Positions 38,230-46,841 of a stretch of 64,000 bases of DNA are shown in pieces. Both the position numbers and the translations under genes were made by a program. The stretch comes from Pyrodictiaceae archaeon. Lineage in GTDB: Archaea; Thermoproteota; Thermoprotei_A; Sulfolobales; Pyrodictiaceae. The notes beneath the pieces are model-generated. The model was not told the DNA's origin. It saw only the letters and a program-made list of their open reading frames with translations, and ran no database searches. Every line of letters begins with the position of its first letter. The first letter of the stretch is position 1. The stretch lies in assembly GCA_027046265.1 (NCBI GenBank), contig JALTZF010000040.1, positions 2,339 through 66,338 on the forward strand, given 5' to 3'.

Positions 38230-38276
38230 AAACTTGTACCAGACACTGTAATATTGTCTAAACAAGAAGTGCTAAA

Positions 38277-38339
38277 GGGGTCGCCATCGCTGGGCGTCAA
38301 CACGGAAAAGATTCAGCGTCGGTGATCCCGCTCATCCCC
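38277..38339 (-). ncRNA. atypical C/D box sRNA candidate
   Basis: Minus-strand read: GGGG-AUGAGCG-(12 nt GGAUCACCGACG)-CUGA-(9 nt)-GUGUUGA-(12 nt CGCCCAGCGAUG)-GCGA-CCCC. The 12/12 guide spacing and the 4-bp terminal stem are exact. The internal D' and C' boxes are good, but the terminal C and D boxes are degenerate. Confidence 0.4.
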
Positions 38340-38484
38340 ACCTAACACACTCCCCTAGTACCATAGTAGTACTAAGACAAAACCCCAAGCCATTAGGCTA
38401 ATAAGTTAAGGGGCTCATCATTAACTGTTTTTGCGACTTAGGTGTGACCAGTATCAGTGATGATGTATGCCTCCTCTATTGTGC

Positions 38485-40392
38485 TTAAGCTTTTGCTTTA
38501 GGCTCTTCCTTTCTCTCCTTTTTCTGGATTACTAATGGCAGGCCACGCTCTATTCTTATACGGGCTGTTCTCGCTAGTTCTCTCACAATGTCAGTCTTAG
38601 TCACCACACCAACTACTTTGCCCTCCTCATCAACAACTGGTATACCGTCAACATTATGCTCTTTCATGAGCTCTATGGCTTTAACTACATCGTCAGAAGT
38701 CTTAACGTACACATTGCGTAGTGGTACCATAGCATCCATTACTAGCAGTGGTGTAACCTTTACATAACGCCCTTTCCTGGCTGCCCCCTTAACTAGTTTG
38801 CGTACCCAGATGAGCCTCCTGCTCCTTACTCCTGTTACTGCATCTTCATATGCTACAAAGGGTAGCCTGTTTGCTGACACTACACCTATTATTCTTGAAC
38901 CATCATAGACTGTTAATGCGTCAAGGTAAAATGTCTGCATCTTCTTTACGGCATGGTATAAGCTGTGGTGCGGGTGCACTATGCCTACTCTCCCTGGCGT
39001 CATTACGTTTTCTACTTTTGCCCTGCCAGCAAACTGCTTACTATAGACATCTACTATTATGTCTTTAGTTATGAAGCCTAGTGGTCTATTGTTCTCGTCT
39101 ACGACTATGGCTACTTCAGATTTGGCCTCAGCCATCTTTAGTGCTACTTGCTCTATGCTTTCATCAGCTTTTACTCTAGGTACCTCTGTATCCATAATAT
39201 AATCTATGAAGTATCTATCATGCATACGGCGCTTCCATATGGGCCCTTTTAGTCCAATCGCCTTCAACATACCCCACTTAGTGACAACACCTATCACTTC
39301 ACCTTTATCATTGACTACTAGGAGATAGTTAGTCTTATGTCTTAACATCATTCTACGCGCGTGCTCAACAGTATCATTAACTGTCACAGCAGGGAGTTCT
39401 GTTAGGGCTATATCTGCAGCTCTAAGACCAGCAAGAACTTCTACTTGTGGCTTAGCCACAAGTACTTGCTGTATGACTTGTTGCGTTGCAACATATGTCA
39501 CACGCTCCTCTGGTTTAACCTCAATTGGTAGTACAGCTCTCTTGACTGGCCTTACCCTGCCAGGCTTTGCTCCTTCTATATATGCTCTAGCTACATCATA
39601 GAGAGTGAGTATTCCAACAAGCTTGCCCGTCTCCTCATCTATGACAGGCAACAACGGATAATCGTTTTCTACCATTATCTTGGCAGCATATTCTATGGGA
39701 GTCTCCGGCGTCGCAGCCGGCACGCCACGCAACATGATCCTGCGTACTTTCGCGATACTCTTTAGGCCACGCTCGCTTTCACGGTGAAAGAACCACCGGC
39801 TCGTCTCAACGAACTCTTTAAGTGAAACAATGCCTACTGGTATAGTCTCGTCACGGCTTCTAACAACTATTTTTGCAAACTTTCCATGATAGACCAAGTC
39901 ACTCCATACTTTGTTTACACGCTCGTCCTGAGTTACAATGTATTCGTCAAGGTTGTCTGTAGTCATTACCTCGGCTACAGTCTCTGCTATTGGTGTGTAC
40001 CCTGCGGCACGAAGTGCTCGAACTATGTCGGCTACACTTACTACACCTACAACAGTAGGATTATCGGGTGAATCGAGTACTGGTAGAGCATAGACTTTTT
40101 CCTCGTACATCTTCCTAACAACTTCTTCAATGTCTTCATCCCTGTATGCTACCGGGTGATCTAATGCTATATCGATGGCCCTAAGATTAGAGTAATGACT
40201 TGTTATTTGTACGACTTCTCTCCATGTTAGATACCCTTTGAACTTCATGCTTTTCTCGTCCTCTACGATAACAGCTATGGGCTCTTCGTCGTCGCGCAAA
40301 CGAGACCTTACAAGTGTTGCTGGAACATCGCCAAGCACTATTACACGAGGCTTCCTAGCCACTTCCCATATCTTCACATCTAAACACCCCAA
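38485..40392 (-). CDS. multi-CBS-domain protein (about four CBS pairs, no other domain)
   Basis: Repeated CBS units along the full 635 aa (for example LPVLD...VVGVVSVADIVRAL and LPVIDEETGKLVGILTLYDVARAY), followed by a lysine/glutamate-rich tail. Confidence 0.8.
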   Translation of the reverse strand: MGCLDVKIWEVARKPRVIVLGDVPATLVRSRLRDDEEPIAVIVEDEKSMKFKGYLTWREVVQITSHYSNLRAIDIALDHPVAYRDEDIEEVVRKMYEEKVYALPVLDSPDNPTVVGVVSVADIVRALRAAGYTPIAETVAEVMTTDNLDEYIVTQDERVNKVWSDLVYHGKFAKIVVRSRDETIPVGIVSLKEFVETSRWFFHRESERGLKSIAKVRRIMLRGVPAATPETPIEYAAKIMVENDYPLLPVIDEETGKLVGILTLYDVARAYIEGAKPGRVRPVKRAVLPIEVKPEERVTYVATQQVIQQVLVAKPQVEVLAGLRAADIALTELPAVTVNDTVEHARRMMLRHKTNYLLVVNDKGEVIGVVTKWGMLKAIGLKGPIWKRRMHDRYFIDYIMDTEVPRVKADESIEQVALKMAEAKSEVAIVVDENNRPLGFITKDIIVDVYSKQFAGRAKVENVMTPGRVGIVHPHHSLYHAVKKMQTFYLDALTVYDGSRIIGVVSANRLPFVAYEDAVTGVRSRRLIWVRKLVKGAARKGRYVKVTPLLVMDAMVPLRNVYVKTSDDVVKAIELMKEHNVDGIPVVDEEGKVVGVVTKTDIVRELARTARIRIERGLPLVIQKKERKEEPKAKA

Positions 40393-40469
40393 AAGATGAA
40401 GAGAACACCCCTTATTAAAAACCCATTTCTCACAGTTGAAGAAATAGGAGGTTTACCCACGTATTGCAC

Positions 40470-41126
40470 ATGGGGGCAAATATACTAGTTTATGGCCACA
40501 AGGCCAATACACTTCACTGGGTAGAGAAGTATCTAAAAGAGGGAGCAGATGGAATTGAAATTGATGTATACCAACAAGGAGCGCATATCCTTGTTGAACA
40601 CAAACGTCAAGACACAAAGAGGCGTCTGCTTAGAGAGAAAATAGGCAACCTAATAGCAGAACTCCATGTCAGACCCGCTCTCCAGCTTAGCCATTTTCTA
40701 CACAAAATCCCAGCACGTGTCCCTCTAATCCTCGATCTCAAAAACCCTGTTAGCCCTCTCATGCTAAAGGAAGACGTCATCAAAAGTAACTACAGTATTG
40801 GCGATGTTCTTATAACAACTCGTTGGCACAATTTAGCAAATAGCTTTAGAGCAGAAGGATTCAGAGTGTTGCTAAGCATAGATCATCGTCCTATAAGTTT
40901 AAAAATGTACAAGGATGTTACCGACGGTCTTTCATTGAGCATCCCATATGTTGACAGGGAATTGCTAGTTGAAGCACGTAGACTAAGGCTTATTATAGCT
41001 CTATGGGTTGTTAATGAAATGAGAGACATATGCAACATCATAGAGTATGCTCCTGACGCGCTTATCATTATAACAGAGTATCCACGTAAGATTAAAGGTT
41101 CAATTAAAGCCTGCCTAACCAGCTAG
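40470..41126 (+). CDS. glycerophosphodiester phosphodiesterase/PLC-like TIM-barrel protein
   Basis: VYGHKANT...GADGIEIDV resembles the GDPD N-terminal catalytic motif. ATG 40470 is preferred to TTG 40464. Confidence 0.55.
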   Translation: MGANILVYGHKANTLHWVEKYLKEGADGIEIDVYQQGAHILVEHKRQDTKRRLLREKIGNLIAELHVRPALQLSHFLHKIPARVPLILDLKNPVSPLMLKEDVIKSNYSIGDVLITTRWHNLANSFRAEGFRVLLSIDHRPISLKMYKDVTDGLSLSIPYVDRELLVEARRLRLIIALWVVNEMRDICNIIEYAPDALIIITEYPRKIKGSIKACLTS

Positions 41127-41366
41127 GACAGATAGCTTAGCAACATTTCTTGATAATGCTTCACTAGTGATGAACTAAGTATAGACTAGTGTAGAGACTA
41201 AAATGATGGCTTAGCATGGGAACAAGTGATTCTGGCAACAAGCGTATCTCCACACTTTGCTCAGTAAACATGTGGCCTATAATCCAGTTTCATTACATAC
41301 TAGCGTAGTGTCCAGCTAAAACTAAATAATAAAACAATGGTTTATGCGTGTTAGATAGGGTGTAAT

Positions 41367-42437
41367 ATGGCAGTTGACCTGCTTGACAGCAAGCTACTTG
41401 AGAAGTATTCTAGACTAATACTCGTCAAGGACATTGGGGTTAATGGCCTCTTAAAGATAAAGAAGCTACGTGTTGCAGTTGTAGGCTGTGGCGCAACAGG
41501 AAGCCATGTGGTTGACATGCTAGCAAGAATAGGCGTGGGTTACATTAGGGTTATCGATAGTGATTTTGTCGATGTTTCAAATGTATATCGTATGAGCTTA
41601 GTTAACGAAGATGACGTCAAAAAGGCTCTTCCCAAGGCAGTTGCTTGTGCTGAGAGGGCCCAAGAAGTGAATAGCGATGTAAGAGTTGAACCTGTGATAG
41701 ACAGAGTAGAGCCAGAAAACGTTCTTGACTTATTAAGTGGAGTTGACTTAGTATTTGATGGTACAGACAACATTACAACAAGGCTGATCATTAATGAGGC
41801 GTCTGTGGAAAAGGGCTTCCCCTGGGTATTTATAGGAATAGAGGGATGGTACGCTAATGTAATGCTGATAGAGCCAGGTAAGAGTGCTTGCTTTAGTTGC
41901 CTAATACCAAGACCGCCCTTAAGAGAGCAAGTAAACGTTTGTGATATTCTTGGTGTATTCCCTTCAGTAGTTTCAATAGCTTCTAGCATAGCTGTTAACA
42001 TAGCTATCAGACACTTGTTAGGGTTAGGGGATTACGCAGGCAAACTCTACGTCGTAAACGGCACTGATGTAAGCATTGAGACTTTAGATATTGTACGCAG
42101 GAAAGATTGCCCTATATGTGTAAAACACCAATATAACTATATAATGAAGCCTCGTGAGAGAAAATGGCATGTAAGGGTGGTATGTGGCACAAATGCTGTG
42201 GAGATAGTTCCGCCAGAAGACATTAGCCTAGATCTAAGCCAAATAGCAAAAGTTCACAAAGATAAAGTAGAAGCCCAGAACCCTTATCTTGTAAAGCTAA
42301 AAGAAAGCAGTCTTAAGATTGTCCTATTACGGAATGGTAAGGCTATTGTAGACGGTACAACAGATACATCAACCGCATTTAAGGTATATAGAGAAGTACT
42401 AAGTAGAGCTGGTATAAGAATGCCGTACATTATGTGA
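41367..42437 (+). CDS. ThiF/MoeB/HesA-family E1-like adenylyltransferase with extra C-terminal domain
   Basis: VAVVGCGATGSHVV nucleotide loop and two CxxC pairs (CFSC, CPIC), followed by about 100 aa of unassigned sequence. Confidence 0.8.
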   Translation: MAVDLLDSKLLEKYSRLILVKDIGVNGLLKIKKLRVAVVGCGATGSHVVDMLARIGVGYIRVIDSDFVDVSNVYRMSLVNEDDVKKALPKAVACAERAQEVNSDVRVEPVIDRVEPENVLDLLSGVDLVFDGTDNITTRLIINEASVEKGFPWVFIGIEGWYANVMLIEPGKSACFSCLIPRPPLREQVNVCDILGVFPSVVSIASSIAVNIAIRHLLGLGDYAGKLYVVNGTDVSIETLDIVRRKDCPICVKHQYNYIMKPRERKWHVRVVCGTNAVEIVPPEDISLDLSQIAKVHKDKVEAQNPYLVKLKESSLKIVLLRNGKAIVDGTTDTSTAFKVYREVLSRAGIRMPYIM

Positions 42438-42525
42438 TCCAAAGAATGAGTTCTCAATAAGACATAAGTTTCTACAGGATGTATTGACATAAAACAGTTA
42501 TAGTTTTCATCATATAAAATATGGA

Positions 42526-42891
42526 GTGGGAAATAAACTAATGAACGCTTACACCCTAATTGGAGCCCTTATATTTACTTACATACTCAACATACCATTT
42601 GGGTACCGGAGAGAAGATGCTAAAAGACAACATAAAAAAGTTGAGTGGATAGCTGCTATTCATATACCAGTACCGTTTGTATTTATCATAAGAACGCTTT
42701 TAGGCGGATCACTTACACAAATACCATTCTTTATACTAGCATTCTTTCTAGGCCAACTAACAGGAGGCGTAGTTAAGAGGTACATGGCTAACACTCTTAG
42801 TGAAACAAGTAAATGTCTCATTTATGACGTAGGAGTATTACTCACGAAAAAGCAATCTATTGCCAGAAATCAATTTGACAGTAAAGAGTGA
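42526..42891 (+). CDS. small membrane protein (121 aa)
   Basis: Three predicted helices; no motif recognised. Confidence 0.35.
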   Translation: MGNKLMNAYTLIGALIFTYILNIPFGYRREDAKRQHKKVEWIAAIHIPVPFVFIIRTLLGGSLTQIPFFILAFFLGQLTGGVVKRYMANTLSETSKCLIYDVGVLLTKKQSIARNQFDSKE

Positions 42892-42941
42892 AAGTTGGTG
42901 ACATAGCTAATGAAGCATGGAGAGGATGTGAGGAGAATAGT

Positions 42942-43019
42942 TGGTGCCGCGGCCGGGATTTGAACCCGGGTCACGGGCTTGAAAGGCCCGCATACTTGGC
43001 CGGGCTATACTACCGCGGC
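42942..43019 (-). tRNA. tRNA-Glu (UUC), CCA encoded
   Basis: Hand-folded cloverleaf. Acceptor stem GCCGCGG/CCGCGGC, anticodon stem CGGGC/GCCCG with loop CUUUCAA, and T arm CCGGG-UUCAAAU-CCCGG. Confidence 0.9.
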
Positions 43020-43587
43020 AGCTTCTGCGAGGATCCCCGGCCGCGTGGTCTCCAAGTCCATGATTATTTCTGTGTCTAGTAGGTCTGAGGTTTATTAGTG
43101 TTTACGCTTGTATTTGAATGAGTCATGTCTCTAGGGTCTCACATGTTTCACAAATAGCACTATTACCATTTAAACTCAATAAGACTATGTTGGAGCTACT
43201 AATGAAAGCTATATGTAAAGCCTCTAATATAGAACCTTATTATTGTCATATGACATGGATAAATTCTATAGATTGCAAGCAAGGACTCACTATTGCTTAC
43301 ATTACTTGTTTCCAGCAATGTAGCATCTGGCTAATATGCTGTTTGAACAGACAGAAAAGGTTCTTCTGTCTCCATGAAAGGATGTAGCAGTATCTATTAG
43401 TGCTCCATGGCTTCATGTAAATGGCATATAAGCTTTTTATATGCATTCTTTATTTATTTTATTGTATTAGCTTAAAGAGGTTATCGTTCTGTGGGTCAAG
43501 CGCCTTTATAATGTCGCAGAAGAGCTTCATCTACGAAAAGTACTTAACCAGAGAGTATGAAGACTTCAATTTAATACATGGATGGAC

Positions 43588-43666
43588 GCGGCGGTCGTCT
43601 AGCCTGGACTAGGACGCCGGCCTGCCAAGCCGGAGGTCCCGGGTTCAAATCCCGGCCGCCGCACCA
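43588..43666 (+). tRNA. tRNA-Gly (GCC), CCA encoded
   Basis: Acceptor stem GCGGCGG/CCGCCGC, anticodon stem CCGGC/GCCGG with loop CUGCCAA, and T arm CCGGG-UUCAAAU-CCCGG. Confidence 0.9.
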
Positions 43667-43736
43667 TAGTTCTCTTGACCCTTATCCATGTTGTCTTTCT
43701 TTGTAATCCCTGTAAGTTAGGACTAGTGTTATAGTT

Positions 43737-44603
43737 CTACTGTTCTATCATTTTTCTTTCAAGTTTATTTACTATGTTAGAGACTATGCGTTTATGATCC
43801 TCTTCGTCTCTGACTATTGCCTCTAGCACTGAACCATATATGGTTTTGTAGGGTTCACGTAGTACTTTGTGAAGTACTGGTGATACAAGGATCATGAAGT
43901 ATTCGGCATCTACATCGTTCTCTAGTGTTGCCATGAATCTAAGTTTATTAATAATAGTCTTTATATCTGGTGCTGTGTTTTCTGGAGATAAGGTTATTAT
44001 ATTTTTTAATTCTTGGATAAAGGGTACTGTCTGTGCACGCTTACAGACTGGCTGCTCATCTCTGTAAAGTGTGCTAAATATTTTTGAGTATATTCTTGCA
44101 TGAATACTGCTTTCAGCCGATATATAATAGAGAGCTGTAGAATGGGGCTCATTGAGGTACCGTGCGAGCCTAGAGTATGCCTCTGCGGCAAGTTTTTCGA
44201 CTTCAATGGCGCAAGAGATAATCTCCTTAAACAGTTTCTCCTCTAGAGTAATACTTCTCATAGCAGTAATACTTGGCCGCTCTGCAGGCTGCAGCCCCAA
44301 AAGGCTTAACACGGTATCGTCATCGCCTTTCTTTACTAAGTCTAGTATTTGGTTAATAGGCTGTTGTTCATGTTCTTTTTGTATACGAATCAAAGGAAGT
44401 ATTAAGAGGAGCTTTGCTGCTGTATCAGCCCTCTTCCCATAAAGTTCTAATAGCAACTTGTAAGCACTTGATGGTGAGCTTATAACAAGCTTAGCATAGG
44501 GCATGCCGTAAAGCTTTTGTGAAACAGAATTTAATACAGCCATAAACCCTGGTGCATGCTTAACCAAATACTCCTCAATAGCTTCTTCAACACTACTAGA
44601 CAT
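43737..44603 (-). CDS. two-part helical protein: N-terminal domain shared with ORF 28554-28874, C-terminal ferritin-like domain
   Basis: The C-terminal half has paired E..H-type motifs (AIEVEKLAAEAY...; VRDEEDHKR) like ORF 1559-2068. The N-terminal half aligns with the 106-aa ORF. Confidence 0.45.
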   Translation of the reverse strand: MSSSVEEAIEEYLVKHAPGFMAVLNSVSQKLYGMPYAKLVISSPSSAYKLLLELYGKRADTAAKLLLILPLIRIQKEHEQQPINQILDLVKKGDDDTVLSLLGLQPAERPSITAMRSITLEEKLFKEIISCAIEVEKLAAEAYSRLARYLNEPHSTALYYISAESSIHARIYSKIFSTLYRDEQPVCKRAQTVPFIQELKNIITLSPENTAPDIKTIINKLRFMATLENDVDAEYFMILVSPVLHKVLREPYKTIYGSVLEAIVRDEEDHKRIVSNIVNKLERKMIEQ

Positions 44604-44754
44604 ACTACTGACACCTTCACATCCTTGTTAGATAAGATTTTGTGCTGTATATTTTTATTTTACACCCAGTACACTCTACGGCTTAGGGAATCACCACAAT
44701 GTATATTGCCGCAATAATAACTGATATAGTAGCCTAAATGACAGAAATAACCCA

Positions 44755-45837
44755 TTGGGCTTTAAGGCTTTGCCAGGCCCTATGCTGGCTAGAAATATTG
44801 CTAGGCTAATAGTATATGCTTCAATAATATACCTTGTAACCGCACTGTTCTATGTGGTTTCTGGAAACTTTCTTGTTCATGCTAGCCTTATGCTTTACTC
44901 GTCACTAATTCTTTTCCCTTATGGTATCGCCATAGCATACATTGCCAGTGGTACACCTAGAAGAGGTTTCGCTATTGTTCCTGCGGCAATTGGAGGAGTT
45001 ATACTCATAGCATTGCCTGCCCTAGTAGCCGCCGTGCCAGGCTTGGAGAAAATTGTAAATATTCTGGTCTCGACAGCTGGTCTTCTTGCCGCATTATCAA
45101 GTGGCTATATGGCATTACAGAAAAGGGGGTCAATAAGGCTTAGCTTATCTATGGCATGTATAGCAATGATAAACTTATCCGTGATTCCGCTCCTTAAAAC
45201 AACACTATTACCTGTCCCGCTCTTTGAATACGCTATAGCCTTAGTGATTGGTTTCCCTATTTCTCTTATATATGCTGTAACCGTTCATTCTCTTCCATCA
45301 ACATTTAATGATAAGCCTTTTTATGAAGCCTCTCTTCCTCTACCCTTTATAAGTCTTCTTGCTTCTGTACTCATACTAAATAAATGGATGACATATGGTG
45401 TGCTACTGCTGCTTCTCTCCATGGTTCTTTATATTATAGCCGCACGCATATATAGAGTGCCAGGATACATGAATTTAGCTAAGCAGAAGACTGGAGTTGC
45501 AAGGCGCGGCTTGTTCTACTTTTTATATGGTCATATTACAGTCATTATTTCAATTCTAATAATAACGATATACTTTTCCGCGTTTATAGCAAGCTTAGGC
45601 CCTTGCAATGTATTATGTTTACTTCACGAGCTTGCTTTAGGATTTACTAGTCTACATGTATACATCCATGCGCCAATGATGATACCAGTTATATTAGGTA
45701 TCAAACATAAGAGAAGATTTAACCTTATACCATATCTAGCTACTGTACTTGCAATGCTCTTCTTCCCCTTGAATACAGAACTTGCTCTCATATTCTATGT
45801 TATCGCATTCCTCTCCACAGTTTTTATAATAATATGA
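44755..45837 (+). CDS. polytopic membrane protein (about 11 helices), unknown function
   Basis: Hydrophobicity pattern only. Confidence 0.45.
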   Translation: MGFKALPGPMLARNIARLIVYASIIYLVTALFYVVSGNFLVHASLMLYSSLILFPYGIAIAYIASGTPRRGFAIVPAAIGGVILIALPALVAAVPGLEKIVNILVSTAGLLAALSSGYMALQKRGSIRLSLSMACIAMINLSVIPLLKTTLLPVPLFEYAIALVIGFPISLIYAVTVHSLPSTFNDKPFYEASLPLPFISLLASVLILNKWMTYGVLLLLLSMVLYIIAARIYRVPGYMNLAKQKTGVARRGLFYFLYGHITVIISILIITIYFSAFIASLGPCNVLCLLHELALGFTSLHVYIHAPMMIPVILGIKHKRRFNLIPYLATVLAMLFFPLNTELALIFYVIAFLSTVFIII

Positions 45838-45856
45838 TGTAAGCAACACTTATGGT

Positions 45857-46153
45857 CTACTTATGGTCTCTATACCCTCCAGCTGCAGGAGGAAAGAAGG
45901 CGACAATGTCCCCATCATTCACTTTTGTGTCCTCCTTGCCGAGCCACTCTATGTTCCTCCCATTAATCAAGACCTTTGTTTCCTCACGTATCTTGTCTCC
46001 TTCTATAAGGCGTCCTTTGAGTTTGGGAAACTTTTCCTCTAACAGTTTTGCAAGAGAGAGAACCGTAGTGTTGTCTGGGACTTCTACCTCAAACTCTCTT
46101 ACGCCAGCAAGGTCGCGGTACGTTGCGAAGAAGCGTATTTTCACTCTGGCCAT
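45857..46153 (-). CDS. MoaD/ThiS-family beta-grasp (ubiquitin-like) protein with GG followed by a 5-aa tail
   Basis: MARVKIRFFATYRDLAG...NGRNI...DGDIVAFFPPAAGG-YRDHK. I checked the C-terminus directly against the DNA. Confidence 0.75.
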   Translation of the reverse strand: MARVKIRFFATYRDLAGVREFEVEVPDNTTVLSLAKLLEEKFPKLKGRLIEGDKIREETKVLINGRNIEWLGKEDTKVNDGDIVAFFPPAAGGYRDHK

Positions 46154-46232
46154 GTTTGCCCCACTGTACTCTCTTCTTTATCCATCTAGCTAATATAGGT
46201 TCAGCAAAACATTGTAATGACTGAAGTAAGTC

Positions 46233-46784
46233 CTACATGTGCGTTGGTGGTTGTTCTTGTTCCTCGACATACTCGCATGTGCGTGGAATTAGGAGAAGGG
46301 CTGGCCCTACATCGGTTTCTTCTACTAAGATTCCTGCTATTGGTGCTTCTTCTTCATCTATGTTGAGCTTGAGCTTGTACAGCTTTACTTGGTGACCATA
46401 TTCTCTCGCGAATGCTAGAGCAGCTAGGCCCCAGTAATGGTCTATCTCTATGTCTCCTATCATTATTTTCCCATGCTTTATGCTAAGATTCTCTACCTCC
46501 ACTGCATCACCATGCTCAAGTACTAGTTTGACATTCTGTAGGCCAAATGTTATAAACAAGCAGCCTTCAGCTACAGCAAAAGGTACTGCACCCTTCGGCG
46601 TATCTATAGCAACCACACCAAGGCTATAGAAGTGACATATTATTTGGCCGGAGTCTGGGTCTATGGCTCCACGCATTTGCAGTAGTATATCAAATACACC
46701 GTATGGAATGTCAAAGTATCTTTTAACTAGTAGTCTTAGTTTACTCATCGTATTCTCACCTAGGCCTCCTCTGCGGCGCACCAT
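46233..46784 (-). CDS. hypothetical protein (about 170-183 aa)
   Basis: ORF only, with an acidic C-terminus. Confidence 0.4.
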   Translation of the reverse strand: MVRRRGGLGENTMSKLRLLVKRYFDIPYGVFDILLQMRGAIDPDSGQIICHFYSLGVVAIDTPKGAVPFAVAEGCLFITFGLQNVKLVLEHGDAVEVENLSIKHGKIMIGDIEIDHYWGLAALAFAREYGHQVKLYKLKLNIDEEEAPIAGILVEETDVGPALLLIPRTCEYVEEQEQPPTHM

Positions 46785-46841
46785 ACTGCCTAAAACTGTT
46801 TAGGTTAGAAAGGCCTATCTCTAGCAAGAATCGGGGGCAAG

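Noticed and set aside
41165-41235. C/D box-like string GUGAUGA-12 nt-CUAG...AUGAUGG-12 nt-ACAA.
   Set aside because: There is no CUGA D box, the D'-C' spacer is 13 nt, and there is no terminal stem. It is probably chance.
42888-43079. 63-aa ORF over tRNA-Glu, and the 60-aa ORF 60010-60192 over tRNA-Cys.
   Set aside because: Both are fully explained by GC-rich tRNA genes on the opposite strand.
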